This document shows, in pieces, positions 28,476 through 39,702 of a stretch of 48,215 nt of DNA. Origin of the DNA: Actinomycetota bacterium (lineage in GTDB: Bacteria > Actinomycetota > Nitriliruptoria > Euzebyales > JAHELV01). The DNA lies in assembly GCA_019347695.1 (NCBI GenBank), contig JAHWKT010000005.1, forward strand, positions 1-48,215, written 5' to 3'. The translations under genes were made by a program, and so were the position numbers. A model generated the notes under the pieces. That model searched no databases. It was not told where the DNA came from and saw nothing but the letters and a program-made list of their open reading frames with translations. How positions within the stretch are numbered: the stretch's first letter is position 1; the number at the start of each line of letters is the position of its first letter.

Positions 28476-28799
28476 TCAGTAGACGATGTCGAGCGCGTAC
28501 CGCAGCGCACGGTCCAAGTCGGCCCGCACGACCTCCCCGAGGTGGCCGACGGGCTCGCCGTCGAGCACACTGACCGGCACAGTGATCACGCTGTCACAAC
28601 TGATGACGCACCGGTTGCCAAGACCCTGCTCCGGTCCGATCCGCACTTCGGAGCGGATGCCTCGGATCGTGCGGGTGATCGGCGCGCAGGTGACAGACGT
28701 CAGCACGCCGAGGGCGGCGTCTCGCGTCAGCACGCACACGGGACGTCGTCCCGTGTGCGGTCCGAGATCAGCCCAGTAGATGTCGTTACGGGCTACCAC
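28476..28799 (-). CDS. mazF: MazF/PemK family toxin
   Basis: RNDIYWADL...RRPVCVLTR, VTCAPIT, ISCD, ALRYAL. Confidence 0.92.
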   Translation of the reverse strand: MVARNDIYWADLGPHTGRRPVCVLTRDAALGVLTSVTCAPITRTIRGIRSEVRIGPEQGLGNRCVISCDSVITVPVSVLDGEPVGHLGEVVRADLDRALRYALDIVY

Positions 28800-29038
28800 G
28801 CCGGAACGGTCTGAGCAGCCAGCCTCCGTGCGGACTGCACCAGTGCAGGATCAGCCGGGTGGCGTCGGTACGCCGCGACGAGTTCGCGGTCGGCGTCAGC
28901 AAGATCCTCGGCGGTGATCACCGCCTGCGCGCCGCGGCGCAGAAGCTCGGACCGGTTGGTGCCGAGCCGGGCAGCCAACCTGTCGAGCTGCGCAACCAAT
29001 TCATCGTCGAGCTGCACGAGCACTTCGCGTCGAGACAT
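28793..29038 (-). CDS. CopG/RHH antitoxin
   Basis: VQLDDELVAQLD...NRSELLRRG; overlaps mazF; TAGCAT-N6-ATG with two CATATG boxes upstream. Confidence 0.88.
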   Translation of the reverse strand: MSRREVLVQLDDELVAQLDRLAARLGTNRSELLRRGAQAVITAEDLADADRELVAAYRRHPADPALVQSARRLAAQTVPAW

Positions 29039-29059
29039 GAGCATATGCTATCACATATG

Positions 29060-29712
29060 ACGTTCGGCACGCTGGCGATCGTCGCCAACACTGCGACGCC
29101 GCCGGCATGCCCGGTCGTCAACGCGAGCAGCGCACCGATCGGGAGGAACGCGGCCACGACGACGGCCGACACTCCGCCGCCCGGCCGCCGTGGCGTCCGT
29201 CGGTCGACCGGCGACCAGCAGCCACGCGATCAGCGCGACGAGGACGGGCACGACCCATGCTCCCAGGCCAGCCCGCCAGCCTCCGGCGAGCCGCGCGATC
29301 GGAACCGTGGCCGCGGCGGCCGCAGCCGAGCCACCACCAGCGCCTTCGAGTACATCGCGGTCGCCCACTCGAGACGGTCCGCGAACCAACGTTTCACTGC
29401 CACCGGCAGCAGGACATTGCCGAGGGCTGCGCCGGCCACGGCGACGCCGGTGGCGACGAGCACCGCCGTCGGCCGCTGGATCAGCACCCGCGCGACGAGC
29501 CCCACCGCGAGCGCGCTGACGGCTGCGATGAACGTCGCCGCCAGACCGATGGCCGTCGCGGAGCTCACCCGGTCGTCGTCGGATCCGGTCGACTCCAGTT
29601 GACGTGCAACGGCAACGTCACGACCCCGGTCGCCCTTGACCACCGCAGGGTCGTCGACGTCGTCAGAGATCTCTGGCGGCACATCCCCACGCGATACCCG
29701 CGACTGGCTCAT
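29060..29712 (-). pseudogene. CynX-like cyanate permease (MFS) remnant
   Basis: GAALGNVLLPVAVKRWF, TAMYS, GGWRAGLGAW; frameshifted and truncated. Confidence 0.75.
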
Positions 29713-30025
29713 ACCGCGATGGTACGTCCGTTCGAGATCGGCGCGGCCGCCAGGGCTCGGTGCCAGTTCGTGGTTGCGATCTGCCTTGCGAGCGAGACAC
29801 CGCGTCGCGACCCGGCGCGCGCCGCCATCCACATGGCGCCGTACGGTTCAGGGCGTACGCGGTCTCGCCATATGCGACACCCGGCTGGTCGCCGACGGGC
29901 ATCGCCCCAGCGTTCGTACTGCATCTGGACCCCTATCGGGTCTTGCCCGGGCAACTGCTCCGCGTACGCTCAGGCAGTACAACGCGCTGTGCCTGAGGTC
30001 GCGGTGCCAGTCGAAGGGAAACGCG

Positions 30026-30895
30026 ATGGACTTGATCGTGGTTGGAGTGGACGGGTCGGCGCCCGCGGACACCGCACTGCGATGGGCGGCACGACAGGCC
30101 CGGCTCACCGGCGCCGAACTGGCTGTGGTGTACGCCTACGGACGGCGCCCCGGCCGCGCGAGGTCGGAAGATGGCAGCCGTGCGCTGGCCGACAAGCTGC
30201 TGACGTCGATCACGAAGCGCAACAGCGACGTGCTCGAGCACGTGACATGGCACCTGCACGCGGAGTCGGCCGGGCGAGGCTCACCCGCGCGCGTGCTGAT
30301 GGACGAGGCGGAGCAGGCGGACCTCATCGTCGTCGGCTCCCGCGGCCGCGGCGGATTCGGTGAGCTGCTCCTTGGCTCGACCAGCTACCGACTGGCCGGG
30401 CGCACCAGGACCCCCGTCGTCGTGCTCCGCGCGGACCTGCCGACCGGCGCCGATGAGCCCCCGTTCCCCGGGGATGTGGTGGTGGGCGTCGATGGCTCGG
30501 ACACCGGTGACCGCGCGCTGCTATGGGCTGCCGCCGAAGCACGACGTCGCGACGTGACGCTGCACGTCCTGCATGCACAGCCGCTGCCGACCCACTACCT
30601 CTACGGGATGGGCTCGGTGCCCAACATCGACAAGGAACGGGCGCTTATTGTCGAGGAGGGCGAGAAGATCATCGAGCGGGCGCTGACCCGCGCACAAGAC
30701 GCGCTCGACGACATCGAGATCGCCAGGCACTGTCTCGTGGAACCCGTCGCCAATGCGCTGGTCAGCTTCGCCGGACGCGAGAACCTGATCGTCGTCGGCA
30801 GCCGGGGACACGGCTATGTCAGCGGGTTGATGCTCGGAGCGACCAGCCACCAGGTACTCCACCACGCCCAAGCACCGGTGGTCGTCGTGCCGTAA
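30026..30895 (+). CDS. Tandem-domain universal stress protein
   Basis: Two IVVGVDGS...VVGSRGxG...LGS/AT...PVVV repeats. Confidence 0.95.
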   Translation: MDLIVVGVDGSAPADTALRWAARQARLTGAELAVVYAYGRRPGRARSEDGSRALADKLLTSITKRNSDVLEHVTWHLHAESAGRGSPARVLMDEAEQADLIVVGSRGRGGFGELLLGSTSYRLAGRTRTPVVVLRADLPTGADEPPFPGDVVVGVDGSDTGDRALLWAAAEARRRDVTLHVLHAQPLPTHYLYGMGSVPNIDKERALIVEEGEKIIERALTRAQDALDDIEIARHCLVEPVANALVSFAGRENLIVVGSRGHGYVSGLMLGATSHQVLHHAQAPVVVVP

Positions 30896-31246
30896 TCACC
30901 GGCCGAGCCCGACAGCAGCCACCATCCATCATGTCGAGCGCCACACCGTGACGGGCGTCCTGCTGCTCGTCACCGGCGCCGCCAGCGCCGGACTGGCCAT
31001 CCTCGGTGCCCGCTGGGCACTCGGGTTCCTCGCGCTGCTCGGCGTCCTGGCCGTGCCCGTGGGCCGCACCCTGCCCGACGTCAGCGCGTCGCCCAGCTGA
31101 TACCTGTCCCACCCACGTACCGGGCCACCCTTTGCCACCGCGACGAGGCCGTCGAGGTGGGTGCGGGCGATCACGTGGCGATCCGCCCCAGCGTCACTGC
31201 TCGCACGCGCGAGGACGCCGTCGTCCTGCTCACCGCGGCTGCGGGT

Positions 31247-31281
31247 AGATATATATAAACTACAGTTCGCCTGTAATACTG
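31247..31281. promoter_or_regulatory. AT-rich putative operator/promoter
   Basis: ATATATATAAAC-TACAG-ttcgc-CTGTA-ATACT; resembles TAAACACATCGCGCCTAGAA near 32893. Confidence 0.4.
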
Positions 31282-31286
31282 TGCGT

Positions 31287-32603
31287 ATGGGGGCGAAGCG
31301 GCAAGCTGACGGCGAGGCGACGGTACCCGCGGAGCACGGCGTGCGTCAGGCGCGGCACCGCCGTCGAGCAAGCGTCGGCGACGACCACGGTCACCGTTCG
31401 CGGCGGTCGCGCCCGCCGTCGGGATCGCACTCGTCTACGGCGTTGCAGTCGCGGTGTGGGTCGTCGCCGGTGACCGCCTGCCCGCCGGGCGGTGGCTGGC
31501 GGTGCACCTGTTCACGCTCGGCGTGCTGACCAACGTCGTGGTGGTCTTCTCCCAGCACTTCGGGCTGACCGTGACCCGCGCACCCGACCAGCGGTCGCGG
31601 TGGCAGCCGGCGATCCTGAACACCGGCATCCTGCTCGTGCTGGTCGGCATCCCAACATCGAGCACGTGGACGATCGCACTGGGCGCGACGATCACCACGA
31701 CGGTCGTGTTCCGCTTCGTATCTGCGGCTGCGGCGCATGCGCCGCCAAGCTGTCGGCGCGCGGTTCGCGTGGATCGTGCGCATCCACGAACGCGCGCACG
31801 GCTCGTTCATCCACGGCGCCGTGCGCGGGCTGCTGTCGGGCGTCGGAGCGCTGCGCGGGTCGTGGTACGGCGCCGGGCGGATCGCGCACCTGCACGTCAA
31901 CATCCTCGGCTGGGCGGGCCTGACGCTGTTGGCCACGCTGGTGTTCTTCGGCCCGACGATGCTGGGAACGCGGATCGAGTCCGGCGCGAACGCCCGCGCC
32001 GCGGTCGCCTTGCGTCGGGCAGCGACCGCGCTGACGATCGCGGTGGTGTTGCTCCTTGCGTCGGGCGTCGACGGACCGGCCGGCAAGGCGTTCCGTTCAG
32101 CCGCCGCCCTGGCTCTCGGTGTGTACGCCTGGGCGGTGGGCATGGTCTGCCTCCCGGTGCTGCGAGCCGCTCGGGCGGCCAAGCCGTCGGCGGCACGACC
32201 ACCACTGATCGCGCTGTGCGGCTGGTTCCCCGTGCTCGCCTGGGCTGATGTCGTCGTCGCGACCGGCGGGCTGCAGTTGCTGGACGCGCTCGGGCTCGCA
32301 GCACTCGCCGGCGTGTTCGACCAGGCCTTCGCCACAGCGTTGAGCTACGTCGCTCCGGCGCTTCGCGGCCGGACGAACGCCGACCGCGCGCAGCTGACGG
32401 CCCGGCTGACGCGCGGCGCGACACCGCGCACCGTGGCGTACAACATCGGCGTGGTCGCCGTGGCCGTCGCCGCGGCCGGCGGCACCACGCTCGATGCCGC
32501 CGGAGCAGGGTTGGCCGCCGTGGCCTGGCCGCTCGTCATCGCCAGCATCGCGACACAGGCAGTGATGGCACTGTGGCCGGTCGGTCGAGACGCGCCATTG
32601 TGA
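31287..32603 (+). pseudogene. Polytopic His-rich membrane protein (NnrS-like/nitrite-reductase-associated), frameshifted
   Basis: WLAVHLFTLG...FSQHF, AHLHVNILGWAGL; at least two frameshifts. Confidence 0.65.
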
Positions 32604-32644
32604 CGTCGGGGCAGGTCATGCCGGCGTGACCTGCGACCGCGTCG

Positions 32645-32803
32645 TCACGCCTCGGGTTCCGCCCGTTCCGCGGGGCCATCCACCGGCGCGAGAGCACGCT
32701 CCGCGCCGCAGTGGGGGCACCGATCGTCGTCGACGTGGTCGGGCTCGAGGAATCGCCCACACGACAGACACGTCTGACCCAGCCAGCACGCATCGTCGCC
32801 CAT
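32645..32803 (-). CDS. Small Cys-rich zinc-ribbon protein (52 aa)
   Basis: MGDDACWLGQTCLSCGRF...RCPHCGAE, two CxxC pairs; TACCGT-N6-ATG leaderless signature. Confidence 0.7.
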   Translation of the reverse strand: MGDDACWLGQTCLSCGRFLEPDHVDDDRCPHCGAERALAPVDGPAERAEPEA

Positions 32804-32932
32804 ACCTCGACGGTAGCGGGCGGCGAAGGCGCCCGCTGCCGCACACCGCGCGCAGGCAAGGTGGGCAACGGATAGGTGGAAGTCGGTAGTATTAAACACA
32901 TCGCGCCTAGAACCGATCGCGGAGGAACCACG

Positions 32933-33610
32933 CTGGACCCCGACGTACGGATGCATCGCGCGCTGGCGGACGAGACGCGCAGCAGACTCCTGCGGATCCT
33001 GCGCGCTTCGCAGGAGCCGCTCGACGCGCGCGAGCTCGCCCACCAGCTCGGTCTGCACCTCACAACGGTGCGCGCCCACCTCGATGTGCTCGTCGAGGCC
33101 GGACTCGCCACGTCCCATTCGGAGGACCGCACCACCCCGGGGCGCCCGCGCCGCCTCTACGAGGCGGCCGACGATCCCTCCACCGCGGTCGACGCCGGCG
33201 GCTACCGGCTACTGGCCGAGATGCTCGCCAGCCACCTCGCGGCCACGAGCGGCGACGTGGCCAGCGATGCCGTCGCGGCCGGCCGCGAATGGGGAACCTA
33301 TCTCGTGCAACGGCCCCCGCCGTACACCACGACACCGAGCGATGCCGCACGCGCCGAGCTGCTGCAGCTGATGGGCCGGCTCGGGTTCCAAGCTGAGCTC
33401 GACGCCGACGGCACCCGGATCCTGCTCCATCGCTGTCCGTTCCTCGATGTCGCCCGACGCCATCAGGACGTCGTGTGCTCGCTGCACCTGGGGATCCTGC
33501 AGGGTGCGCTGCGGACCCTCGACGCGCCACTGGACGCACGTGACCTGGAGCCATTCGTGCAACCCTCGCTCTGCGTCGCCCACATCGCCGAGACAGACCA
33601 CGCCGGCTGA
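32933..33610 (+). CDS. ArsR-like HTH regulator with three-Cys sensor domain (COG2345, ArnR-like)
   Basis: ALADETR, TVRAHLDVL, GRPRRLY, HRCPF...VCSLHLG...LC; GGAGG 7 nt before CTG 32933 (alternative ATG 32951). Confidence 0.88.
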   Translation: MDPDVRMHRALADETRSRLLRILRASQEPLDARELAHQLGLHLTTVRAHLDVLVEAGLATSHSEDRTTPGRPRRLYEAADDPSTAVDAGGYRLLAEMLASHLAATSGDVASDAVAAGREWGTYLVQRPPPYTTTPSDAARAELLQLMGRLGFQAELDADGTRILLHRCPFLDVARRHQDVVCSLHLGILQGALRTLDAPLDARDLEPFVQPSLCVAHIAETDHAG

Positions 33611-33672
33611 CCGCCATTCGCTAGCACCGGCGTGGAGCGCCGTTCGGGGACCGGCCGACACCAGGAGGATCA

Positions 33673-34038
33673 GTGAGCTCGAGGATCTGGCTGCGGCGCG
33701 CCTACGACACGCCGACGCGCAACGACGGCCACCGGGTACTCGTCGATCGGATCTGGCCGCGAGGGGTCTCGAAAGAGGACGCGCGCATCGACGACTGGGC
33801 GCGCGAGCTGGCCCCCAGCGATGACCTTCGCCGCTGGTTCGACCACGACACCGAGCGCTGGGACGAGTTCCAACGGCGCTACCGCGCGGAGCTCCGACGC
33901 CAGGAGCAGTCGCTGGACCAGCTTGCACGACGAATCGACGAGGGCCGGGTCACCCTGGTGTACGGCGCCCGTGACGAGCATCACAACAACGCTGTCGTGC
34001 TCCGCCACGTCCTCGAACTGCGGCGCCAAACGCCATGA
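33673..34038 (+). CDS. DUF488 (YeaO) family protein
   Basis: RAYD...DGHRVLVDRIWPRGVSK, LAPSDDLRRWF, LVYGARD, NNAVVL. Confidence 0.93.
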   Translation: MSSRIWLRRAYDTPTRNDGHRVLVDRIWPRGVSKEDARIDDWARELAPSDDLRRWFDHDTERWDEFQRRYRAELRRQEQSLDQLARRIDEGRVTLVYGARDEHHNNAVVLRHVLELRRQTP

Positions 34039-34104
34039 GCGGGCGTGCACGCCCGGCCGAGCTGCGAGGTCACCCTCGGATGGCAGCGGCCCATGGGCGG
34101 CGTC

Positions 34105-34320
34105 GATGACGACGGCCGGCGATGACCTGGCTCGGCCTCTGCGTGGCATCGACCGCACGAACATCATCCTGTACTGTCGCCACTGGCACGCCACGACGCG
34201 GTTCTATCGCGACGACCTCGAACTCCCCGTCGTCCACACCACCGAGTGGTTCGTCGAGTTTCACCTCACCGGCGAGTCGTACCTCAGCATCGCCGACGCA
34301 CCACGACGGCGCCACGTGCG
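34105..34320 (+). pseudogene. VOC/glyoxalase family N-terminal fragment
   Basis: NIILYC...TRFYRDDLELPV...WFVEF...LSIAD; truncated. Confidence 0.6.
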
Positions 34321-34329
34321 CGACGGCGA

Positions 34330-34645
34330 CATGACAGCAGCCCTCGACGACGCCATCGACTTCCTCTGTGAGCTCGGGCCACATCGAAGATCGATCGGCG
34401 ACCCACCAGCTGTCCAGCGGTGAACGCAACGGGTCGGCATCGCACGCGCCCTGATCAACCATCCCGACGTGCTGCTCGTCGACGAGCCCACCTCGGTGCT
34501 CGACCACCAGCGTGGCCGGCAGATCGTCGACCTCCTCTCCGAACTCACCCACCAGCGCTACGTCGCGACGGTGATGGCACCCACGACCGCACACAGCTCG
34601 ACCACGTCGACATCTCTACCACATGCACGACGGACGCCTGACCAC
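34330..34645 (+). pseudogene. ABC transporter ATPase (LolD-like) C-terminal fragment
   Basis: [23 protein letters not shown] (Walker B); degraded LSGG signature. Confidence 0.8.
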
Positions 34646-34975
34646 CGCCGCGCCGATCGCCGTCGCCATACCGACCGCCAACGCGCGATAGACAGCAGCA
34701 CGGGATGGCCCAACTCGGTGTGGTCGCTGGCGCTCGCGCGACCCCACAACCCCGTGCGCCGTCCCACCACGAGCGCGCGTGTGGCCGAGGTGCATGGACT
34801 GGTTCACGCGACTTACGTGCTCGCGTCGTCGGTGGCCACCGAGCACGCCGCGACCATCAGCTTCGCCGCCTTGGGCATCGCTTTCATCGCGCTCGCTGCG
34901 CCTATGTCGGGCTACGCCAACGCGCGCGGCACAACCGACGAGGATGAACGCCAACACGCTGTAGGAACGCGGAGG

Positions 34976-36928
34976 TCAGGTCTTGGTAGGTCCGCGGGTC
35001 GGCTCCGGTGCAGCTGCAACGGTCCGCGGGTGCTGCGCCCGTACCCACGCTTCGATGCCGGCGATGCCGTGGTCGCGGTCGGCCGATGTCACGATGAGCA
35101 GATCGCCTGGGCACAGGCGGGTGTCTCCGCGGGGCAGCAGAACCCGATCGTTGCGTACGACGGCGGCCACGAGGACGTCGGGCGGCGGCATCGCCTCGCG
35201 CAGCAGCTGTCCGACGAGCCGCGAGTCGTCGGGCAGTTCGACCTCGATCACGTCGAGGCCGGTGTCCGAGATCGGCAGCGCGTCGGCGATGACGTCGGTC
35301 GTGGAGGGTCGGGTCGCCAGTCCGAGCGCAGTGATCACGGGCACCGCGGTCGTGCCCTGCACCAGCGCCGAGACGAGCACGACGAAGAACACGGCGTGGA
35401 AGATGGTTGTCGCGCCGGGGATGCCGGCCGAGTGCGCGAAGGTGGCCAACACGATCGGTACCGCGCCACGCAGGCCCAGCCACGACACCGCGGCGATCCC
35501 GCGTGCCGAGAAGCCCATCGGCGCCAGAGTGACCGCACACGCCAGCGGGCGGCCGACCAGCACGAGCAGCGCGACAAGGCCCAGCGCGGTGAGTGCGATA
35601 CCGGGCAGCTGCGACGGGAACACCAGGAGGCCCAACAGCAGAAACAGACCGACTTCGGCGCCGTTCGCCAGCGCGGTGTGGAACGATCGCAACGAGGCCC
35701 GATGGCGGGGCGTCTCGATGGCCAGGACGATCCCGGCGATGTAGGTCGCGAGGAACCCTGACGCCCCGAGCGTGGCGGCGACGCCGTAGGTCGCGCCCGC
35801 GATCGCCAGCCCCACGATCGGATACCAGCCTCTCGCCGCATCCCGGATGTGATGGAACAGTCGACCACCCGACCAGCCCGCGGCGACCCCGACGGCGACC
35901 CCGCCGATGAGCTGTGCCGCGCCGAACACGACCCACGCGGCGGCGCTGGGCGGGGTGATCCACGCTGACAACAGACCGACGGTCAGCAGCACGGCGACGG
36001 GATCGTTCGCACCTGACTCGATCTTGAGCACCGCCGACAGGCGCTCCGGCAGCGGCGCGCGGCGCAGCAGATCGAACACCGCCGCCGCGTCGGTGGACGC
36101 GACGATCGCGCCGACGAGCCAGGCGGCACGGCTGGGAACGTCCAACAGCCACATCGCGCCCAGCGCGGTGATACCTGCCGTGATCAGCACGCCGACGGTG
36201 GCCAGGACGACGCCCGGCGCAGCCCCTCGGCGCAGATGTCGCACGTCGGTGGTCAACCCGCCCTCGAACAGGATGATCACCAGCGCGCCGACACCGAGGC
36301 TCTGGACCAGCACCGGATCCGACAGGCTGATCCAGTCCAGCCCGTCATCGCCGACCACCATCCCGACGGCCAGGAACGACAGGGCGGCGGGCAGGCGCAG
36401 CCGCGCGGCAAGGACCGCGGTGAGCGATCCGACGATCAACAGCCAGGCGCCGACCAGCAGCGGCCGGTCGACTGCCAGTCCGGCGTCCAGTGCGTCCGCG
36501 GCGGGCGGATCGGTCGAGCCGGCCACGGCGGCGAGCAGGTACGCCACCATCACGCTGCCCGTCAGCAGCAACGCGGTCGCAGCCAGGACCACGCGTACCG
36601 CCGAGCGGAGATCGTCGTCGTGGTGGTCCTGGCGTCGACGTTGCAGCAGTGCGTGTGCGGTCGCACCTGCGGTCATCCCGAGCAGCAGCGCAACCACCAG
36701 GCGCCAGCCACCCGACAGCACGAGTCCGGGTGTCAACGGCCCGAACGCTACGACGATGCCGATCGCGACGATCACGGCGCTGCCGAGCTTGACCGGATGG
36801 GACACCTGCCGCAACGCCCACCCGAGCTCACCCGCGATCAGGCGGCCCAGTGACATCCCGGCCGCCGAGCCGTCACGCCGAGCGTCACGGCGGGCCGCGG
36901 TCAACAGGCTCGACCACCACGGTCTCAT
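34976..36928 (-). CDS. cvrA: K+/H+ antiporter (NhaP2/CvrA type) with TrkA-C domain and ~150-aa N-terminal membrane extension
   Basis: [51 protein letters not shown]. Confidence 0.88.
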   Translation of the reverse strand: MRPWWSSLLTAARRDARRDGSAAGMSLGRLIAGELGWALRQVSHPVKLGSAVIVAIGIVVAFGPLTPGLVLSGGWRLVVALLLGMTAGATAHALLQRRRQDHHDDDLRSAVRVVLAATALLLTGSVMVAYLLAAVAGSTDPPAADALDAGLAVDRPLLVGAWLLIVGSLTAVLAARLRLPAALSFLAVGMVVGDDGLDWISLSDPVLVQSLGVGALVIILFEGGLTTDVRHLRRGAAPGVVLATVGVLITAGITALGAMWLLDVPSRAAWLVGAIVASTDAAAVFDLLRRAPLPERLSAVLKIESGANDPVAVLLTVGLLSAWITPPSAAAWVVFGAAQLIGGVAVGVAAGWSGGRLFHHIRDAARGWYPIVGLAIAGATYGVAATLGASGFLATYIAGIVLAIETPRHRASLRSFHTALANGAEVGLFLLLGLLVFPSQLPGIALTALGLVALLVLVGRPLACAVTLAPMGFSARGIAAVSWLGLRGAVPIVLATFAHSAGIPGATTIFHAVFFVVLVSALVQGTTAVPVITALGLATRPSTTDVIADALPISDTGLDVIEVELPDDSRLVGQLLREAMPPPDVLVAAVVRNDRVLLPRGDTRLCPGDLLIVTSADRDHGIAGIEAWVRAQHPRTVAAAPEPTRGPTKT

Positions 36929-37053
36929 CGTGGCGAGACTATGTCATGCACACGCCGGGCGCGGTCCCCATGGCGGCTTTGTCGTGTGTCGCGCCCAAGC
37001 ATCGCCGGTCGTGACTTCGCGACCGACCGGCCGGGGCCCTACCATCGGCACGC

Positions 37054-37533
37054 ATGAGTCGCCCTATCGATGCCGACACGATCACAGTTCGGCGCGCCCG
37101 GTCGGCCGACCTCAACGAACTCGCCGCTCTCCGGGCGGAGTGCGGTCTCGTGCCGTCACCACGCGGATTCCGCGACGAGATGGAGCGCATGCTCAACAAC
37201 TCATCGGAGGTGTGCCTCGTGGCCTCGGACACCTCCAACGGCGGGCAGATCGTCGGCGCACTGGTGGGATCCTACGACGGTCGCTCCGCGAACGTCTCAC
37301 GTCTGGCCACCCACCCCGACCACCGCCGACGCGGCATCGCCACCGCACTCGTCGCCAGGTTCACCGCAGCCCTCGACCACCCGAGCGTCAGCGACGCGTC
37401 GGCGCTCGTGCTCGACCGCACCCCCGACGCTGACCGGCTGTGGACAGCACTCGCCTTCGACCACATCGGCGACGTGCCCGCCTACCGTCCGTCGGTTCGA
37501 GCACGTGGTACCGACCGCCGGGGCACAGCATGA
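37054..37533 (+). CDS. GNAT acetyltransferase
   Basis: GSYDGR, RLATHPDHRRRGIA acetyl-CoA motif. Confidence 0.88.
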   Translation: MSRPIDADTITVRRARSADLNELAALRAECGLVPSPRGFRDEMERMLNNSSEVCLVASDTSNGGQIVGALVGSYDGRSANVSRLATHPDHRRRGIATALVARFTAALDHPSVSDASALVLDRTPDADRLWTALAFDHIGDVPAYRPSVRARGTDRRGTA

Positions 37534-39599
37534 CCTTGACGCTCCTGGCGGCGGCAGCCCCCGAAGGTGGTGGCGCACCGGCGTTCCTCACCGAGGTGGC
37601 GGCGCTGCTGATCGCAGCGGCGATCGCGGCGTACACGGCGACTCGGCTGCGTCAGGTCCCGATCGTTGGGTTCCTCGTGGCCGGCGTGGTCATCGGTCCC
37701 AATGCCGTCGGGCTCGTCCGCTCGATCGAGACCGTCAACGCCGCGGCCGAGCTCGGCGTGATCCTGTTGCTGTTCACGATCGGCATCGAGTTCTCCCTCG
37801 ACCGGCTGGTCGCCATCCGCCGGCTGATCATCGGTGGCGGCACCCTGCAGGTGGGTCTGGCGATCGCTGTGACCGCGGGCATCTGCGTCGCCGTCGGCTC
37901 GTCGGTCCCCGAAGCTGTGTTCAGCGGCATGCTCGTGGCGCTGTCGTCGACGGCGATCGTGCTCAAGCTCCTCGCCGGACGGAGCGCGACCGACAGCAGG
38001 CCTGGGCGCGTGCAGGTCGGGCTGCTGATCTTCCAGGACCTGGCGATCGTCGCGTTCGTGCTGCTGGTGCCGATGCTCAGCGGGGACGGTGGTAGTGCGC
38101 TCGACATGGTCGTCGCATTGGGGCGGGCGGCGGTCGTGGTCGCGGCGGTGCTGGTCGGCGCGCGGCGTGTGATGCCGCAGCTGCTCGAGCGTGTGGCCCG
38201 CGCCTGCTCGCAGGAGGTCTTCCTTCTCGTCGTCGTGGCCGTCTGCATCGGTACGGCCTACATCAGTGGACTGCTGATCGGGTCGGTGACGCTCGGCGCC
38301 TTCCTCGCCGGGCTCCTCGTCGGCGAGTCGGCGTTCGATCTGCAGGCCCTCGGCGAGATCATCCCGCTGCAGACCCTGTTCAGCGCGGTGTTCTTCATCT
38401 CGGTCGGGATGTTGCTCGACCCTGGATTCCTGCTCGCCAACGCCGCACTCGTGCTGGCAGTCGTCGCCGTCGTCGCCCTCATCAAGGTCACCACGACCGC
38501 CGTCGCCGTCGCCGCGCTGCGCGAACCGGTGACAGTGACAGCGGTCGCCGCCTTCGGGCTCGCGCAGGTCGGCGAGTTCTCCTTCGTGCTCGAAGGGGTG
38601 GGTCGAGAGGCGGGCCTGACACCGGCCGGTCTGGGCGAGACCGGCAGCCAGACGTTCATCGCCGCGACCGTTGTACTCATGCTCGTCACACCGGCGCTGT
38701 CGGCGCTCGGTCGCATGCTCGCGGCACGCGCGATCGCCGGCCGCGACCGGTCGCTGGCGGAGGATCTCGTCGGCGGCTCCGATACGCGGCACGGTCACGT
38801 GGTCATCGCCGGCTACGGCGCCGCGGCCCGCGCACTGGCGGAACTGCTCGACCGCAACGGCATCCCGTTCGTGGTCACGACGCTGTCGCCGGACGGCGCC
38901 AGCGAGGCCGCCGACGCCGGCTACGATGTGCTCCGCGGCGACGCGACCCGGCGGGCGACGCTGGAGGCCGCCGAGACGCCCGACGCGCGCTGTGTCGTCA
39001 TCGCCGACGACGAGCCCGACGCCGTCGCGCGCACCGCCGCGACCGCGCGGATGGTCGCGCCCGGCGTCCCGGTGATCGCACGTGTATGGGGCGACGCCGA
39101 TCCCGAAGCGCTCGGCGTCGACGAGCTGGTGACGGCCGAGAACGCGTCGGCGCTCGCCGTCGCCGTCCGCGTGCTGCGCCGCTTCGGCCTGGCGAACACG
39201 GCCATCGCCGCCGAGGTCGATCGCATCAAGCGCAGCGGATGGACCGGCGGCGCCGTCACCGCCACGCTGAGCGCCATCGACCGGGCCAGCCAGCTCGAGT
39301 TCCGCCCCATCGACACGCAAGGCTGTCCACACGTCGACGAGATCACCCCGGTCCTGCCGAGTGCAGCCGGTTGCGAGGACTGCCTGCGCATGGGTGCGCG
39401 CTGGAACCATCTGCGGGTGTGCCTGTCATGCGGGCACGTCGGCTGCTGTGACTCCTCACCGAATCGCCACGCAACGGCGCATCACAACGAGACCGGACAC
39501 CCGCTGATCGCCTCCGGCGAGGAGGGCGAGAACTGGGCCTGGTGCTACGTCGACCGCGCCCGCATCGACGGCCAGCCCACCATCGACAGCCCGACGTGA
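37530..39599 (+). CDS. CPA2/Kef-type cation:proton antiporter with KTN domain and C-terminal UBP-type zinc finger
   Basis: LLFTIGIEFS, LSSTAIV, LIFQD, AQVGEFSFV; IAGYG...GDAT KTN; CPH...CEDC...HLRVCLSCGHVGCCDSSPNRHATAH...WCYVD. Confidence 0.92.
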   Translation: MTLTLLAAAAPEGGGAPAFLTEVAALLIAAAIAAYTATRLRQVPIVGFLVAGVVIGPNAVGLVRSIETVNAAAELGVILLLFTIGIEFSLDRLVAIRRLIIGGGTLQVGLAIAVTAGICVAVGSSVPEAVFSGMLVALSSTAIVLKLLAGRSATDSRPGRVQVGLLIFQDLAIVAFVLLVPMLSGDGGSALDMVVALGRAAVVVAAVLVGARRVMPQLLERVARACSQEVFLLVVVAVCIGTAYISGLLIGSVTLGAFLAGLLVGESAFDLQALGEIIPLQTLFSAVFFISVGMLLDPGFLLANAALVLAVVAVVALIKVTTTAVAVAALREPVTVTAVAAFGLAQVGEFSFVLEGVGREAGLTPAGLGETGSQTFIAATVVLMLVTPALSALGRMLAARAIAGRDRSLAEDLVGGSDTRHGHVVIAGYGAAARALAELLDRNGIPFVVTTLSPDGASEAADAGYDVLRGDATRRATLEAAETPDARCVVIADDEPDAVARTAATARMVAPGVPVIARVWGDADPEALGVDELVTAENASALAVAVRVLRRFGLANTAIAAEVDRIKRSGWTGGAVTATLSAIDRASQLEFRPIDTQGCPHVDEITPVLPSAAGCEDCLRMGARWNHLRVCLSCGHVGCCDSSPNRHATAHHNETGHPLIASGEEGENWAWCYVDRARIDGQPTIDSPT

Positions 39600-39702
39600 T
39601 ACGAGCGGTCAATGGCGTCGGCCCGGTCCGTGTTGAGGATGCCGCGCAGATCGCTCGGCCAGCTCAGGGTGTATGCAGCACAGCCGTCACACCACACCCG
39701 CA

